Shown here: piece by piece, positions 12,101 through 23,849 of the stretch | Layout of the letters: every line of letters begins with the position of its first letter | Position numbering within the stretch: the first letter of the stretch is position 1 | Assembly: GCA_036172245.1 (NCBI GenBank) | Contig: JAYWIR010000040.1 | Location: 1,922,001 to 1,986,000, forward strand | Reading direction: 5' to 3' | Length of the DNA stretch: 64,000 nucleotides | From: Raillietiella orientalis | Lineage: Eukaryota | The notes under the pieces: model-generated | The model's input: only the letters and a program-made list of their open reading frames with translations | Told to the model about the DNA's origin: nothing | The model's database searches: none | Program-made: the position numbers and the translations under genes

Positions 12101-14000
12101 AGATATCTCGAGATGGGCAGCCCGAGCACCTCGGATAACCATTCTTCGACTGAGAGCTCTGTGCTTGGACGCGAAGATCTGCGCCATGCGGCGTCTTACA
12201 AATCCTTGCTCTCGACCGCATCCCGTTGGAATTTTGCTACTGCAACCTCCATTCAGAGTCGAGCCAGCCAGAGCTCAGAGACGGATCATCCACTCTTTCG
12301 CTCCAGAACCGTTCAGTGACGCGGCTGCTGCATGGAGCGGATTTGCTCCAGCAAAGAAAGAGCAGCACTGTGGACTGAGAACGAGCCATCCACAGAGGAT
12401 GGTCTGGTTTATTCCTGCGTTCCTTGATCTGGTCTGCGAAATCCCTTTTTAGAACCATCCTTCCCTCCACCCAGGAACAGCAATTCAGTTCTCTTCTTGC
12501 ATTGTTCCCTCAATTATCATCGGGGATGCATCTTGAGAGAATCTCTTCAACGTCGAGAATCAGGACAGAGCGCCCAATGGGGAAGGGAGGGCACTGTGAA
12601 GAAGGAAAACTCATAGGAATACGGAGGTCAGGGAGACAAACCAGACAAATGCACTCGCAAAAGCAAGGTGCGTTGTTGCTCATGCGCTTTCCTGCCTGCT
12701 TCGACGCGCCCTCGGCCGGGACTGCACTGTCGTTACGCGCGCCCGAGAACGTCAGCTGTTGGGATGCTATGCATTGACCAATCCATTGATGTATTCACTT
12801 AGCGGGAATACGGCTGGATCCGAGAGCAAAGTTGTAAACACACCGAACTTCCACCCTCCCTGAGGATGCGCCTTTTCTGACCAACCGCCTCTTTCGTATG
12901 AAGGGGAGCACTTTCGTCTGCCCAAAGGGTGTACCAACTGAGAGCAATCAGCTCCGAAAGGACCCGTCTTTCAGGGTGATGCACGTTTGCAAGAGCGATC
13001 CACACATCACGAGGAGTGAAGTCGATGGGTCGCAGATCCTTCCGGATGTGGGGTTCCCGCTAGAGGATGGAGTGCGAAGGAAAGCTACCACCCTGCGGGC
13101 AGCAGAGGGGTTCTAGAGTGCTGCTCCCCAACAAAAGAGCGCGGGCACTGCGCGTTCCGGGGATGACGATAGAGCCGCTCTGAGGTGAAGGGATGTACGG
13201 GGCTCAGCAAGGGGACGAAGCAAACAGGGTCCTCTATCTGAGCGGTGCATTCCAATCCGTTTCAGGTATTTCGTCCTATCCACCACCGCTAGGCGTGGCG
13301 CAAGCATTGTCTCCTCCACCTCGACGGTTCCGCGCCCGTGCTCGACCAAGGAAGGCAATGTCCCTCAGCCTACTTCGGAAGAGACACACGTTGGCCATCC
13401 TTTGCTGGTGGTTGGTCCTTATGTGAACAACTCTCTCTCCTTTCCCTCATTCTCCTTTCTCCCGCTCGCATCGGGTACCGAGTCCCAAGAGCTGTGAAAA
13501 CATCCGATCCATCGCTTTTACGCAAGCTAGAAAGGAATGGACTCTGGAGCCTCCCTTCTGCTCTCCCATTCCCGAAACGGAGAAGGTCGCGCAGCCGGTG
13601 GGGTGAGAGAATGAAAGAGAGCGGATCCCCCTCAACCTTTTCCCCGAGCTCCGCGTTTTTTCCGCTCCTGCATGTAGCAACCTCTCTGGCGTGCAAAGAG
13701 CCCCTGTGCGAAGCGCGCAGCACCTGCAGTGATGTCCGACTACCCCCCACCCCTCACCAAAAGGCAACCGAAGGTCTGCTGCATCGACACGCGAGGTGGA
13801 CAAGTCAGAGAGATGGAAGAAGAGATCGCGCGAGGCTGAGCCTGCCCGTGAGGTCACACGAGGTCATACGAAGCGCTCCCTCACCAATGAGCGTCGGGAG
13901 CGCCCGTTGACTCAACAGAAAGAAACCTTCACTGGAGAAACTCTTCTCTGCATTCGAGGGCAGGCAGGATGCCTCCACACCACTGAACCGCGTACTTCGG
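12100..14000 (-). mobile_element. Decayed L1/Tx1-like ORF2
   Basis: LRTGALCTPERL (~GK.PGPDGL, ~13700), RIGMHRSDRGPCLL (~RG.RQG.PL, ~13240), ERRVLSELIALSWYTL (~GR.LL...S.LWY, ~12950). Confidence 0.55.
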
Positions 14001-14049
14001 GGCAGCGTGCATCCCTCAAACTGTCCTTTTGGTCAGAAAGCACTGTGCA

Positions 14050-15950
14050 AAAGACGAAGAAAAAAAAATGAAAAGGGGAGAGGGGCGGTTTGGAGAACGA
14101 GTGGTGTGACGAAGGAAGAGACGCACGTATGTGGGGTTGACGAATGGTATCTTCCTCATCCTCAATCATCTTCTCATGCTTGTGCACATCGTCATCCCCA
14201 GCTCCATCATGCTACTCCTCGTCACTGTCATTCTTACACGTGACTCCCGCATATCATGCCAGTCGGCTGGTCAGCAAAGGAAATTCAGTCAACGGCAGAT
14301 TACCTTCTGGTTGCAGAATCCTTGCCCCAAGTAAGAGGATGATATGGAAGAGAACTTCGATGGATCAATAGTCACCATTTTCAAAGCACCGCCGAAGCAA
14401 TGGATCCTTCTCCCTTCCCAGTCCCGATGACTTCCGTTTGTCCTTGGAAGAAGAAACCGTGAGCCGGACACAAGCATCCTGCTCTTACTATGGCAATCTT
14501 CCGCTGGTGTAGTAACGCATATGCTGGGAACCCGGTCATGGAGGGCTAGGAACCGTCCCCAGAGATGCCGCCAAAATTTCTGGGGACAGATGATGCAATC
14601 ATCAGGCAATCCCTCGGCTCCTCGACTCTGCCAATACTCCTCCTTCCTTCTTCCTTGCTAGCTCATCGTCCTCCGATTCCGGCTTCCGAGTCTCCTTTAG
14701 TGCGGACCAGGCTTACCTACTTTGCGTCGGAGTGCTCTTCAGAGGAAAAAGAGGGAAGGGGAAGGGAGAAGAAAGACTTCGTAGTCGCCCCTTCCTCCTT
14801 TGAGAGATAACGGCAGCTCGATCCATTAATTCTACTCCTTCGGAAGTCGTTCTGTCTTTTCCAGACTCCGAAGCGAGGGTCCCTGCAGGGGTTCGGCCGA
14901 ACAGGAGGCACGTCGTCCCCTCCTAGGAAGTCTTTCATCTTCTTCAGAGGTGACCTGCCCGACCTCTCTCGGATCAGGCGAGAGTCGTCAGCAGAAGCCA
15001 AACTGAAAGTCGTCCCCTCCAGCTGAGCCAGGAATATGCTCTCCCTACGTGTCGAGGACGTCAAGCAGCTGGTGCATATGGACCAGCTGTTAGTTCGGCA
15101 TCCACTTCTCCAGAAGTACATGGCCTCTTGTACATTATTAAGATGAGGAAAAGAAAAAGAAAGAGGAGGAGCAAGCATTTCCATCTCTTGGAATTCCTAG
15201 GGAGAACCGAGAAAGGAGCACAGATCGCAGGAAAGACAGGTGAGGAAGTGACGAGCGATATAAGGGTCCAGAGTGAAAGTTCGGGAAAGCTTTGGGTATT
15301 GACAGCGAGTTGCTTCCGGGAAATCACTCACGGGCCGTCATCCTGCAGGTGCCAGCGCAGCCATGTCGATTCCCAGCTCTGTAACCCCAAGGCACTGCAT
15401 CTCTCTGAGTGAAGGTCCAGCCTGTCCTAGCTGAAGAATCAGCAGCAAAAGCACTCCCCGATCTTTGCTAAGTGACCAGCTTGCCGAAGGAGTTGTTGCT
15501 CCGGCGATTGTGGTGACCTAGGCTTGGATGAAGTCACCCCTACTTCAGTCGAGGCACTCGTATGGACGTTTCAGCAGGGATAACATTCCTTCGCCAGCGG
15601 CAGGGACTTTTTCCCATGACTCTCGTCACTCTCTTTTGGAGTTGTGAGGGCAGCGTGAAGATTCTTTGGGAAGCTCCCTGGCGAGCCCTCTAGCATCGTG
15701 AACACTGCCTCTCAGAGACAGCATCTCTTCCTTGGTGGTTAAGCCATCCTCGGCGGCCAGGACGCCGTGCCTTGCGGTCCCTGAGTTATACCCCTGCAAA
15801 ACACCTTTCTTCTCGAAGATCAGCGATGTCCCAAAGTCTGCAGATAGAATGTCATAGCTGCAGATAGCGATATCCTTTCTTGCTACGACAGTTGAGTACG
15901 AGGCACAAATCACCTCATTGGGGTTTCCCTGCTCAACATTGCGCCCGTTA
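14050..15950 (-). mobile_element. Decayed LINE ORF2 with internal deletion
   Basis: LAAEDGL (~15750), LGIDM (~15370), LGIPRDG (~G.PQG, ~15195), LASADD (~14990), DCIICPQKFWRHLW knuckle (~14560-14600); T-rich 3' tract at ~14060. Confidence 0.6.
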
Positions 15951-16020
15951 GATCCTTAAATCAGCTCCAGCGCTCGTGGTCTCCTTCCTCTCCTCATTCA
16001 TGGGAAGGGAAATGAAAGCC

Positions 16021-16088
16021 TTCTTCCTAACGCCTTTCCTTCCTGACAGTCTTTCTAACCTAACATCTTCCTAACGTCTTAACGTAAC
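16021..16088. repeat. Degenerate short tandem repeat (CTTCCTAAC-like)
   Basis: CTTCCTAAC/CTTCCTGAC/CTAAC/TAAC units repeated about 6 times at a junction between LINE remnants. Confidence 0.7.
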
Positions 16089-16099
16089 AGGAGCGCTTC

Positions 16100-17600
16100 A
16101 TCTAAAGTGCAGGAAGTTCAGATTCTGTTCTGCAGAGGCGCTCACGCGCGATGCGCAACCTCAGAGCCCTTCAACAGAGGCGACACTTGTCCCCAGGAGA
16201 CCTCAGGAATCGGATGGGAGTGGAAACAATATGCTTCAGTGGTGCTCCCATCCCTCACCCTTCCCTGAAGCAATGCTGTGGCCTTTTTGTCTGATGGGCT
16301 TCCGCGGCTCTTGCTGACGCAGCATCCGGGAGTCACTTCCTCGAGAGAAGTTCTGTGGGTACCCTGAGGTGGAGTTCCTCGCAGCTCCTCTCTGCAGCTG
16401 CAATATATCCGAGAGACCGCTTCCACAACCAGGGTACGCTGATTCGCTCCGCAGCATCCCATCCACCGACCCTTTCGCACCTTGCCGGAGAAGAGGCCTT
16501 CAGCTTCATCCTTCTCTCTAGCAGTAGGGAGGGAAGAGTGGCAAATTACAAATAGGACATCCTTGCTTCGTCGTGGAGGAGGACCAGTTCCTGTCTAGAG
16601 ACGATTGTCCTCTTGGTTCGCAGTCCAGAGTCCCTTTGTGACCACCGGAGCTTCGAGTCTCCTCCAAGTGCGATCTTGATTCAAGATGCGTGGGTCCTTT
16701 TTCGGTGAAACATCCTCAGGTTCCAGAAAGAGGATGATCTCCATAGGCTCCATGATCCTAGCGTGTTAAATGTCCCACCGCGATGACAAGCGCATCGGGA
16801 GCTACCCGGCGGCCGATGGAAGTATTGCTTCGCCATCACGGAGCCTCGAGCAAAATCCATGCACCACTGAAGCTCTATCTGGCTCAAAAGGGATGCGGTT
16901 GACACGGTGTGGCCACGGATGAATGAAATACATGAAACAGGTATGGGGAAAGGAAGGAGGGCGTGACGCTGTGCCGCATCGGACATCGAGCTGATGGGAA
17001 CGAGGTACTGCACTCGGATCTGGGTCCAAGGGTTTATCAGCGTACCCACAGAGATGCTCGGTTTTGATGGACTACATCGGGAAGGCATCTGGACATGCAG
17101 ATTTGTAGGGTGCAACACATAGCGGGATCAAGGGCGGCCACACAGAGGCATGCCAGTGCTTCCCTCCGTGTGACTGAAAAGTTTGTGGGCATGACAGCAG
17201 ATCGTTTTGTGCTGTGAGGGTCAAGGCGACGAAGGTTTGGGGAGGTAAGTGGGCGGGCACATGTGGTGGCGGGTAGGAGAGCGCCGAGGAGGCTGTCTCA
17301 TGTCGAAAGAGGAGGAGGCGACCTTTCTCGCGGATGGCTTCAGAGGACGCCCTCGCTCCAAGTGGGGCCACGGGGTGGAGGAGATGCTCCCGAACGAAAA
17401 GGGGAAGAGCTCGGCAGGGAAGGATACATGCCAGAACATCAGGAGCGGCATTTCCCGACTTTCCAAGGACACTCAATGGTTTCCGGCTCGCATGAGTCGG
17501 AACAGCAGAACCACGTTCGACGATGCGAAATCACGAAGCCCTCTGCGTGCTGCGTGCAAGATGGGAGTCTAGGATTCTGGTGATTCTTTGGACGGTGTGG
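16100..17600 (-). mobile_element. Decayed LINE ORF2 (late RT to 3' end)
   Basis: QHAEGFVI (~YADD..I, ~17540), EKGRLLLFRH...SALSY (~GR.LL...S..WY, ~17310), YCSCREE knuckle remnant (~16395). Confidence 0.55.
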
Positions 17601-17659
17601 GTACAGTTTTTTTCTTTCTCTCTCTCCCTCTCTCTTTTTTGGGGAGGGAGGGAAAGACA

Positions 17660-18270
17660 CGAGAGAATTCGTAGCCATATGTCAATTGGTCTGCATGCGA
17701 TGCGCGAGAAAAGAGTCTCAACCTCTTCCAGGGGAAGTGTTGCTGGCGTGCTTGTCGCTCGGCAAGCGGGTGGCTACAGTGGATGGCTGCGGACGCCGCC
17801 GCACAGTTTCTCCGGTCGAGGTTCCCCCAAAACGCTTCTTCCTCGGAGCACACCTTCCCAAAAAGAATGTTGCCCGGAAAGGTGAGCGCTGGCAAAGAGA
17901 AGTCTGTTTGCCGGTTTTAGGCGCTGCCATGAGAAAGAAGAAGGTGGACGAGGGGTGCGAGAAGACGAAATTGATCAAAGAACAGCTTTTCGCTGAGAGT
18001 AGGCAGTCCGGGAACAAGACTGAAGGCTCCCTAGATGGAGGACTTCGACAGTCGATCCTTGACTTTCGGGTCGTTGGAGGAGTATGTTTCTGAGCATTGA
18101 GTACTCCTTTTTTTTTTCCAGTTTTATGTGGAGCGCAAGCAGCCAGTCGAATGGCATGCGGGCTGATAAGTTCTCTGATGCGAGTGAGAGGCAAGAGTCT
18201 GTTCCAGGCATGTGATCGTATCCACGAATGAGGCTCAGAATCACTTCTGAAATTGTTTTATTAGTTTGCA
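17660..18270 (+). mobile_element. LINE 3' fragment (zinc knuckle + T-rich 3' UTR)
   Basis: CMRCARKESQ...VLLAC from 17692; T-run at ~18108-18117. Confidence 0.6.
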
Positions 18271-18279
18271 TCGGATGAG

Positions 18280-19100
18280 ATTGTAAAGCTGGTGCCTTCT
18301 GCTCTTGTGAGAGCCGGGATGACCATTCCAATTCCCCCTTTGGCATTAATTACCTGTGGAGTTGTTTCGCTATTTCTTTTGCTATGTTGCTCTTAATGAC
18401 CCTCCATCAATCCATGATTAATCTGGTACAGTCTGATTTCCTCATCCGGTCATAACTGTGACATATGCCGTATATTTTGAATGACTCCTGGCATTTCTGA
18501 TCGACTATTTCGTTCCTCAGTTTCTCTAGAAAACCTTGAAGCTCTGCCCCTCTGTTTTCCGTACAAAACCAATCAGCGGTTATAGCTTTCCATCTTCATA
18601 CAGATGCGCTGCGTTCAGTTTCTTGCAGGAGACCAGACGATGGGCCCGGCGCAAAAGTGGTAGAACCCATGGCTCCAGTTTTGCTTTCTCAACTTGGGAG
18701 AGGCTGGAAACAGTTCGACCGAGTAACCGAGCTTGCTGCAAAGCCTGCTGGCGGGATGCCCAGCAAGTGACCAGTATTCGTTTCTGAGATCAGACTCCAC
18801 CTTTTCATCTTATCCACAGGGTAGATGCTGCGACTTCCGAGGGTTTTTCCATCACGGCTGGTAATCCAATCAGCATGTGCCCCAAGAGCGCTTACCCTTC
18901 ATGCACATCATGCCTTTCCTAATGCTCTTTGCCTGTGTCCTGGCAGCTCCTTCATCACTTAGTCATTTGCTGTGAATGCCAAGGGTCCTGAAACAACACC
19001 TCCAATGACGCAGTCGCCCGTTTGCTTCTGGCTTTGTTACACCAGGGCTTTATTCAAATTCGATAAACAGACATCAGCGTGTCTCGGGGTCATGATTCAG
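18280..19100 (-). mobile_element. Decayed LINE ORF2 fragment (post-YADD region)
   Basis: MLIGLP (~KYLG.P, ~18865), WSLAGH...LCSKLGYSVELFP (~SL.GR...SKLWY, ~18710-18775). Confidence 0.55.
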
Positions 19101-19129
19101 AGAACACTGATACTTGAAGATCTGTAGCG

Positions 19130-20440
19130 AAGAGGGAAATGCTCGCAGTAATGGAGAGCTGAGAGAGGAAAGGAGGGGAATAGAACTAAATATATAAACA
19201 TAAGCGATATGGGGAAACACCGGGCGTAAACGTTCAGCGTCTCTCTGACAAGAGACAATGGACCTTTCAATCGCTCTGGATCTGAGCTCTCCTTCATTCC
19301 GCCGGTGGTGCTAGCATCCTCTCTTCTGTCACCGAACATAAGACGCTCTGGAACAAGTCCCATGCGGCTGGATCCTTTATGGTCGACTGCAAAGTTGTCT
19401 GCCTCGTTGTATCTAAGACTACGTGGTCTGAGATGGTTTTTTCTCGAGATGGACTATCGGTGAGGTCGTTGATTCACCAACTCTTGTGAAACAGCAAGCA
19501 TGAAAGATGGCTTACCGTGTTGACCGTGCCTTCCCACAGGGAGCTCCTTCACATAGGACCGACCTCTTCTTTCCCGAACTGGCTACAGATAGGGTGCTCC
19601 CATAGCTCTCGAGCTCCCATCGCTCTTAGAATGTCTAGGGCGGACGGACATCGGCCTCCTCACGGAAGATGCGATGGACCCTCAGTTTCATCGCTTTTAT
19701 CTCGAGTTCTCAGGATAGGCCGGGAGGAAGAGGAGGAAAGGAGAGGCAAAACCTATTCCGATCTCTTCTTCCTCTCTCTGATCGCTCTTGGGATGCGGCA
19801 GAATTCGAAGCAAAAGCTGGAGGGTGCAGGGACCGAAATTCTCGCCAGTCAGAGATTCGAACAGGATACGGAGCTTCTGAAGCAAAAAGTTGGAGGACCA
19901 GCAACACTCAGCAACTCTTCTTCGTCGCCAGCTTCGCCGCGGAAGTTTCCCTGCATAAGCCGATGAGGGTTGGATCCTCCAAGGCAGCTTCCGGGAAACC
20001 CTCGTCCCTTCAAGGAAGAGCGTTGGCGCATTCGCAAATGACTTGGTCACTCTGCTGGGAGCGATCAAATCCCAGAAGTGTCGCAGTGAAGAGGCGAACT
20101 TTGCAGCAGTTGGAACTGCTGGTTTCCCTCTCTGCTGCCTCCGCCTTCCCCCTCTAGCTGAGCGGAGGTGTCCTTGCATCAAATGCTGGAAGATCGTTTT
20201 TCGCGAACGACTGTCCTTGTCCGGGATGGATGTAGACCTTTCCAAGTATGGGAATCTCGTCCATCCTTGCTTGGTGACGAAGCTCTAGAGCTCGGGGCGG
20301 GCGAAAGAGAATGTGATTGGACAAGTCTCGGAGGGGAAATCGGACCCCGGAACCATCCCAAAGATTTTTGGGAAGGGTGATTTTCTGATAGACCTTCAGG
20401 GAGAAGCAAAAATTCCAAACGAAGCAGCGTGAGCTCCTCT
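19130..20440 (-). mobile_element. Decayed, internally deleted LINE ORF2
   Basis: LRHFWDLIAP (~FWD.I.P, ~20070), LPWRIQP (~NWRPI, ~19975), TVSHL knuckle remnant (~19510), T/A-rich 3' tract at ~19190. Confidence 0.45.
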
Positions 20441-20449
20441 GTTTTTCAT

Positions 20450-20970
20450 TTTTCGTGCATGGAAAGAAATGTTTTCTTCTGGCGTTGTTCGCAACAGGGA
20501 CGCTCCTTCGAAGAAGGAAGTGCCACTGGATACCGAGACGCGGGCGTCGAGTGAACCAGAAGCTGAGCGACGAAATCCGCTGCTTTCAGACGACGCCGAA
20601 TTGTGCGACTGAAGGCTTGCCGAAGAATACCGGAATCTGCCCATCGTGTCAACACTGGAAGGGGGACAAAAAAAAGCCCCCTGAAGAAGTTTGGTGGAGA
20701 CGGAAACTTCCCACACTGAAGTCGCTGGCCAAGTGTGGAGGCACAGCAACAGCGTGCCATTTCGCCTTCATTTCGCCTCAATCCTCAAGGACCTCTTTTA
20801 GAAAAATGCAACTGGGTGGAGCTACTGGCTTCTGCTTTTAAATAGTCAGAGAGCTCCGCCCGTCTCCAGGAAGAAGAAACATGCTTCTCACACTTTCTTG
20901 TTGAAAGAAAGGCGTCTTCCAGAATCTTTTTCTCCCGTTAATGATGGATTCTCTGGAAAATAAATAACGA
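20450..20970 (+). mobile_element. LINE 3' fragment (zf-RVT-like)
   Basis: WWRRKLPTLKSLAKCGGTATACHFAF (20692-20769); ends near AAATAAATAA (~20960). Confidence 0.6.
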
Positions 20971-20999
20971 GAGCAGATTTTCCAGGGCTGAGTTCTAGA

Positions 21000-23300
21000 C
21001 CGTGAGCTTCTGCGAGATGGTTATCTTCCTCGCAACTGCTGTCGTTGGCTCCACTTTGGCTCGCTATGATGTAGCGGAATTATTTTTAAGCAGGCAATGA
21101 GAGCACCACAAGAGATCATTAATCTTCATCATGACCAATTATGGAAAATGGAACGTGAATTTTGCGCTGATCTATTAATTGAATCATTCGTTTGGGTATT
21201 TCTTGTTGAAGCGGCAGTGTGCACAAATCAGAACAGGAAAATCACGGCCCTGAGTATACTGACCTTTGGAAAAAAAGAAAACAAAACGAAAAAAGCTCAG
21301 AATGTACATTCTTAAGGACCGGAGTTCACTCGCATCTATCTGAGATCTTGCATTTGGCCCAGCAGTCCCATTCAAACATAATACACGTTTGTTTTTGAAA
21401 GGTTTCCATGTGAAGTAAGGCTGCAGTCCTTTCACCCATCGTGAGCCGTCCAGCTTTGTGCTTTTTTGTTGTTTGTTCCGAGAGAAAGAAGGAGAGGCAC
21501 TCTGGAAAGAATGAAGAATGCACGACAGGCAGAAGCTGCACTTCGAAAACGTTTCCAACTTTTGCAACTGTCTCCTTCCCCGTTTGAAACCGAAACCCCC
21601 GAGCTCCCAATTTTTCATAGAAAAAAGGCAAGCTACAATTTGGAAAATTCCTAAGCTTCCTTCTTATCTTCTAAGCTTACTAATGATCCATTTTTTAGCT
21701 TCAAATGGGGAAAGTGTAACAGCTACATCTCCATCGAGTCAGCAGCGAGTAGCCGCCTCCAATTAGCCACCGCAAGACTGAGTAGAAGACATCCTGACAC
21801 CTGTTAGCTGCACCTTCGAGACATTCCCAGCTGATTGGTGTTTGGCATCCAGAGGTTTCATCTGGGAGCCATACCTCACTAGCCACACTGGAGAGAAAGC
21901 AAAACTCGGCCTTAACCCCTATGAGGACGGTATAAGGGGGAAATGGGGCAAGGTTTCCATTTCTACAATGCTAACGGTTGGAGTTTGACTGAACCTTCGG
22001 AAGCATAAGTCAGATTCCAATCTCTTCCGCTCTGAAGAATCTAAGAGGGTTGCAGAAAATGGTGACAATGAAAGTATCAGCATGAAATCTGTAGCGTTTG
22101 ATAAGGCTATTACATCATAGCGCTGCAGATTTCCGGGTCTGATGGAGATGAGTTTTCCCAGAATACAGTTATGTGATGATATACCGGAGGATGATCCGAG
22201 CATAACCAAGAGTGATCTAAAAGTTTCTCTCTGAGGTCACAGAAACATTCTATAGGTCGGTATAAGATCTGCCCAGGATCCAAATGTGGCAATTAGTGTG
22301 AATGCACAAATATCCTACTGCTCACGTATTCCTGTTCAATTCAGTCTTTAGTGCTTGAAATGCTAGTGAAGCTCAGTTTGGTAACACTGAGAGATATTTC
22401 TGCAGTTGCGAGAGCTGCCCTTTGTGAAGTTCACCAGAAAATATCTTGTGCTCGCAAGTTCTTGGATAGTTCTCTATCGGGCCTCCAAATGTGCTCTGCT
22501 CTGTGTTTCTGTGGACTGATAGAATGAGTGAAGCCATGGTTATCTAGAACCATGGCTTCACTTACCGACAACGTTAGTATACAGAAGTGCGAGCTTATTA
22601 ACGTAGGTATATATCGTTTCCAGGATAGCTTTTCAATCAAAGAAACTGCATCTTACTTCGGGGATGCTAAAATTGCATCTCTTTGTCTTTCTCTTTACAA
22701 AGTAGGTCACAGAATCCGAGACTCGGGACCTCGAGTCGCTGATGTCCCAGACATACGGTCCCTTGTTCAGGATTTCTTGTTTCCTTAGGAAAGGGAGGCA
22801 CGTTTTTTTTGAAGCAAAGGGCTTGCTGGAATTTCCGAAACATCCGTGGAATGAAAATCATAGTACTCCCGAGTACGTTCTTCAGACAGCAACCAGTTTC
22901 CTAAGATCCAGAATCCAGGATTGCCGCTGATTCCCTCTGAGCACAGAACATCAGAAACTTCAGAACACTCAAAGCATAGATAGCCATCAGTTTCCGGTCT
23001 GATGGAATCTAAAGAAAAGAATCGCCGCTCTGCTGGATTCTTCCAGAAAGTGCCGAAACTGCATTCAGAAATTTAAGTCTTATATGCTTTTGTATCCTCA
23101 AACCAAGAGTTATCGAATCTTAGTGGACCAGTTCCTCCTCGACGTGCTTACCTGGCGTGCATGTTTTCTAGAGTTGCCATGGTCTTATTTTTTGTTGTTT
23201 TGCCTTGGGGAACAGCAGTTGTTAGAAGGAGAAAGAAAATTTCTGAAGCTTGAAACCCAACGGACTCATCTCTGAAGTCGTGTTTCTATTTCTTTTCTGG
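21000..23300 (-). mobile_element. AT-richer decayed L1-like ORF2 (end of endonuclease through RT to knuckle)
   Basis: NPGFWILGNWLL (~G.W.LN..LL, ~22900), IWRPDRELS (~WRPI.L, ~22480), FGSWADL (~22275), FHADTFI (~FADD, ~22080), VRYGS (~KYLG, ~21872), WELGGFG (~GGLG, ~21600), ICAHC (~21220). Confidence 0.7.
22527..22562. repeat. Perfect 15-bp inverted repeat, 6-nt loop
   Basis: AGTGAAGCCATGGTT-atctag-AACCATGGCTTCACT. Confidence 0.95.
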
Positions 23301-23849
23301 GAATGTTCCAATTTTGAGCTTCCCATTGCTTCGTAAGTGCATCGCACTTGTTCATTCAAGGACGCCGGCTGTGTCTTTTCAAGTATTTCATCATTCAACG
23401 TCACCTCATGTGTTGTCTGAAGGACTCCGGATGTGCCCACCTCCCATTGCCCTATCATGCATTCGCCACCATCGAAAACTGGCCACCCCTGCTACGGAGT
23501 CTGTCAGTCGCCATTGCCGAAAGCAAAACGAGCGTCCTCCAGCTAGTTCTGAACAACCGCATTGGGGTCAGCTCCCATCCGTACCACTGACCCGTCCTCT
23601 CCTCCTCCATCAGGCCATCTCCGACTCCTTTGCCATTCTGACCACCGTCCACCAACTGTCTTTTCTGCTAAAAAGCTGGCTGCTGCAAGATTCCGTGGCT
23701 TTCTCTTTTGCGTGCAATCTCCATAGCCCCTGAAGCAACTAAAGTGGCCAGTGCGATATTCCCTTGCTGGAAAATCATAAATAGCTATTATAGCAGTCCC
23801 TGGTGTCCTTCAACATTTGATTACACGCGTGCATGCCATCGTACTGTGC

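Noticed and set aside
21500..23200. Endogenous negative-strand RNA virus L gene, or a spliced host gene (GTAAG donors at ~23150 and ~22565 on minus)
   Set aside because: The ordered LINE motifs (GFWILGNWLL, WRP, FHAD, RYGS, GGFG, CAHC) explain the region better, and no consistent exon chain could be built.
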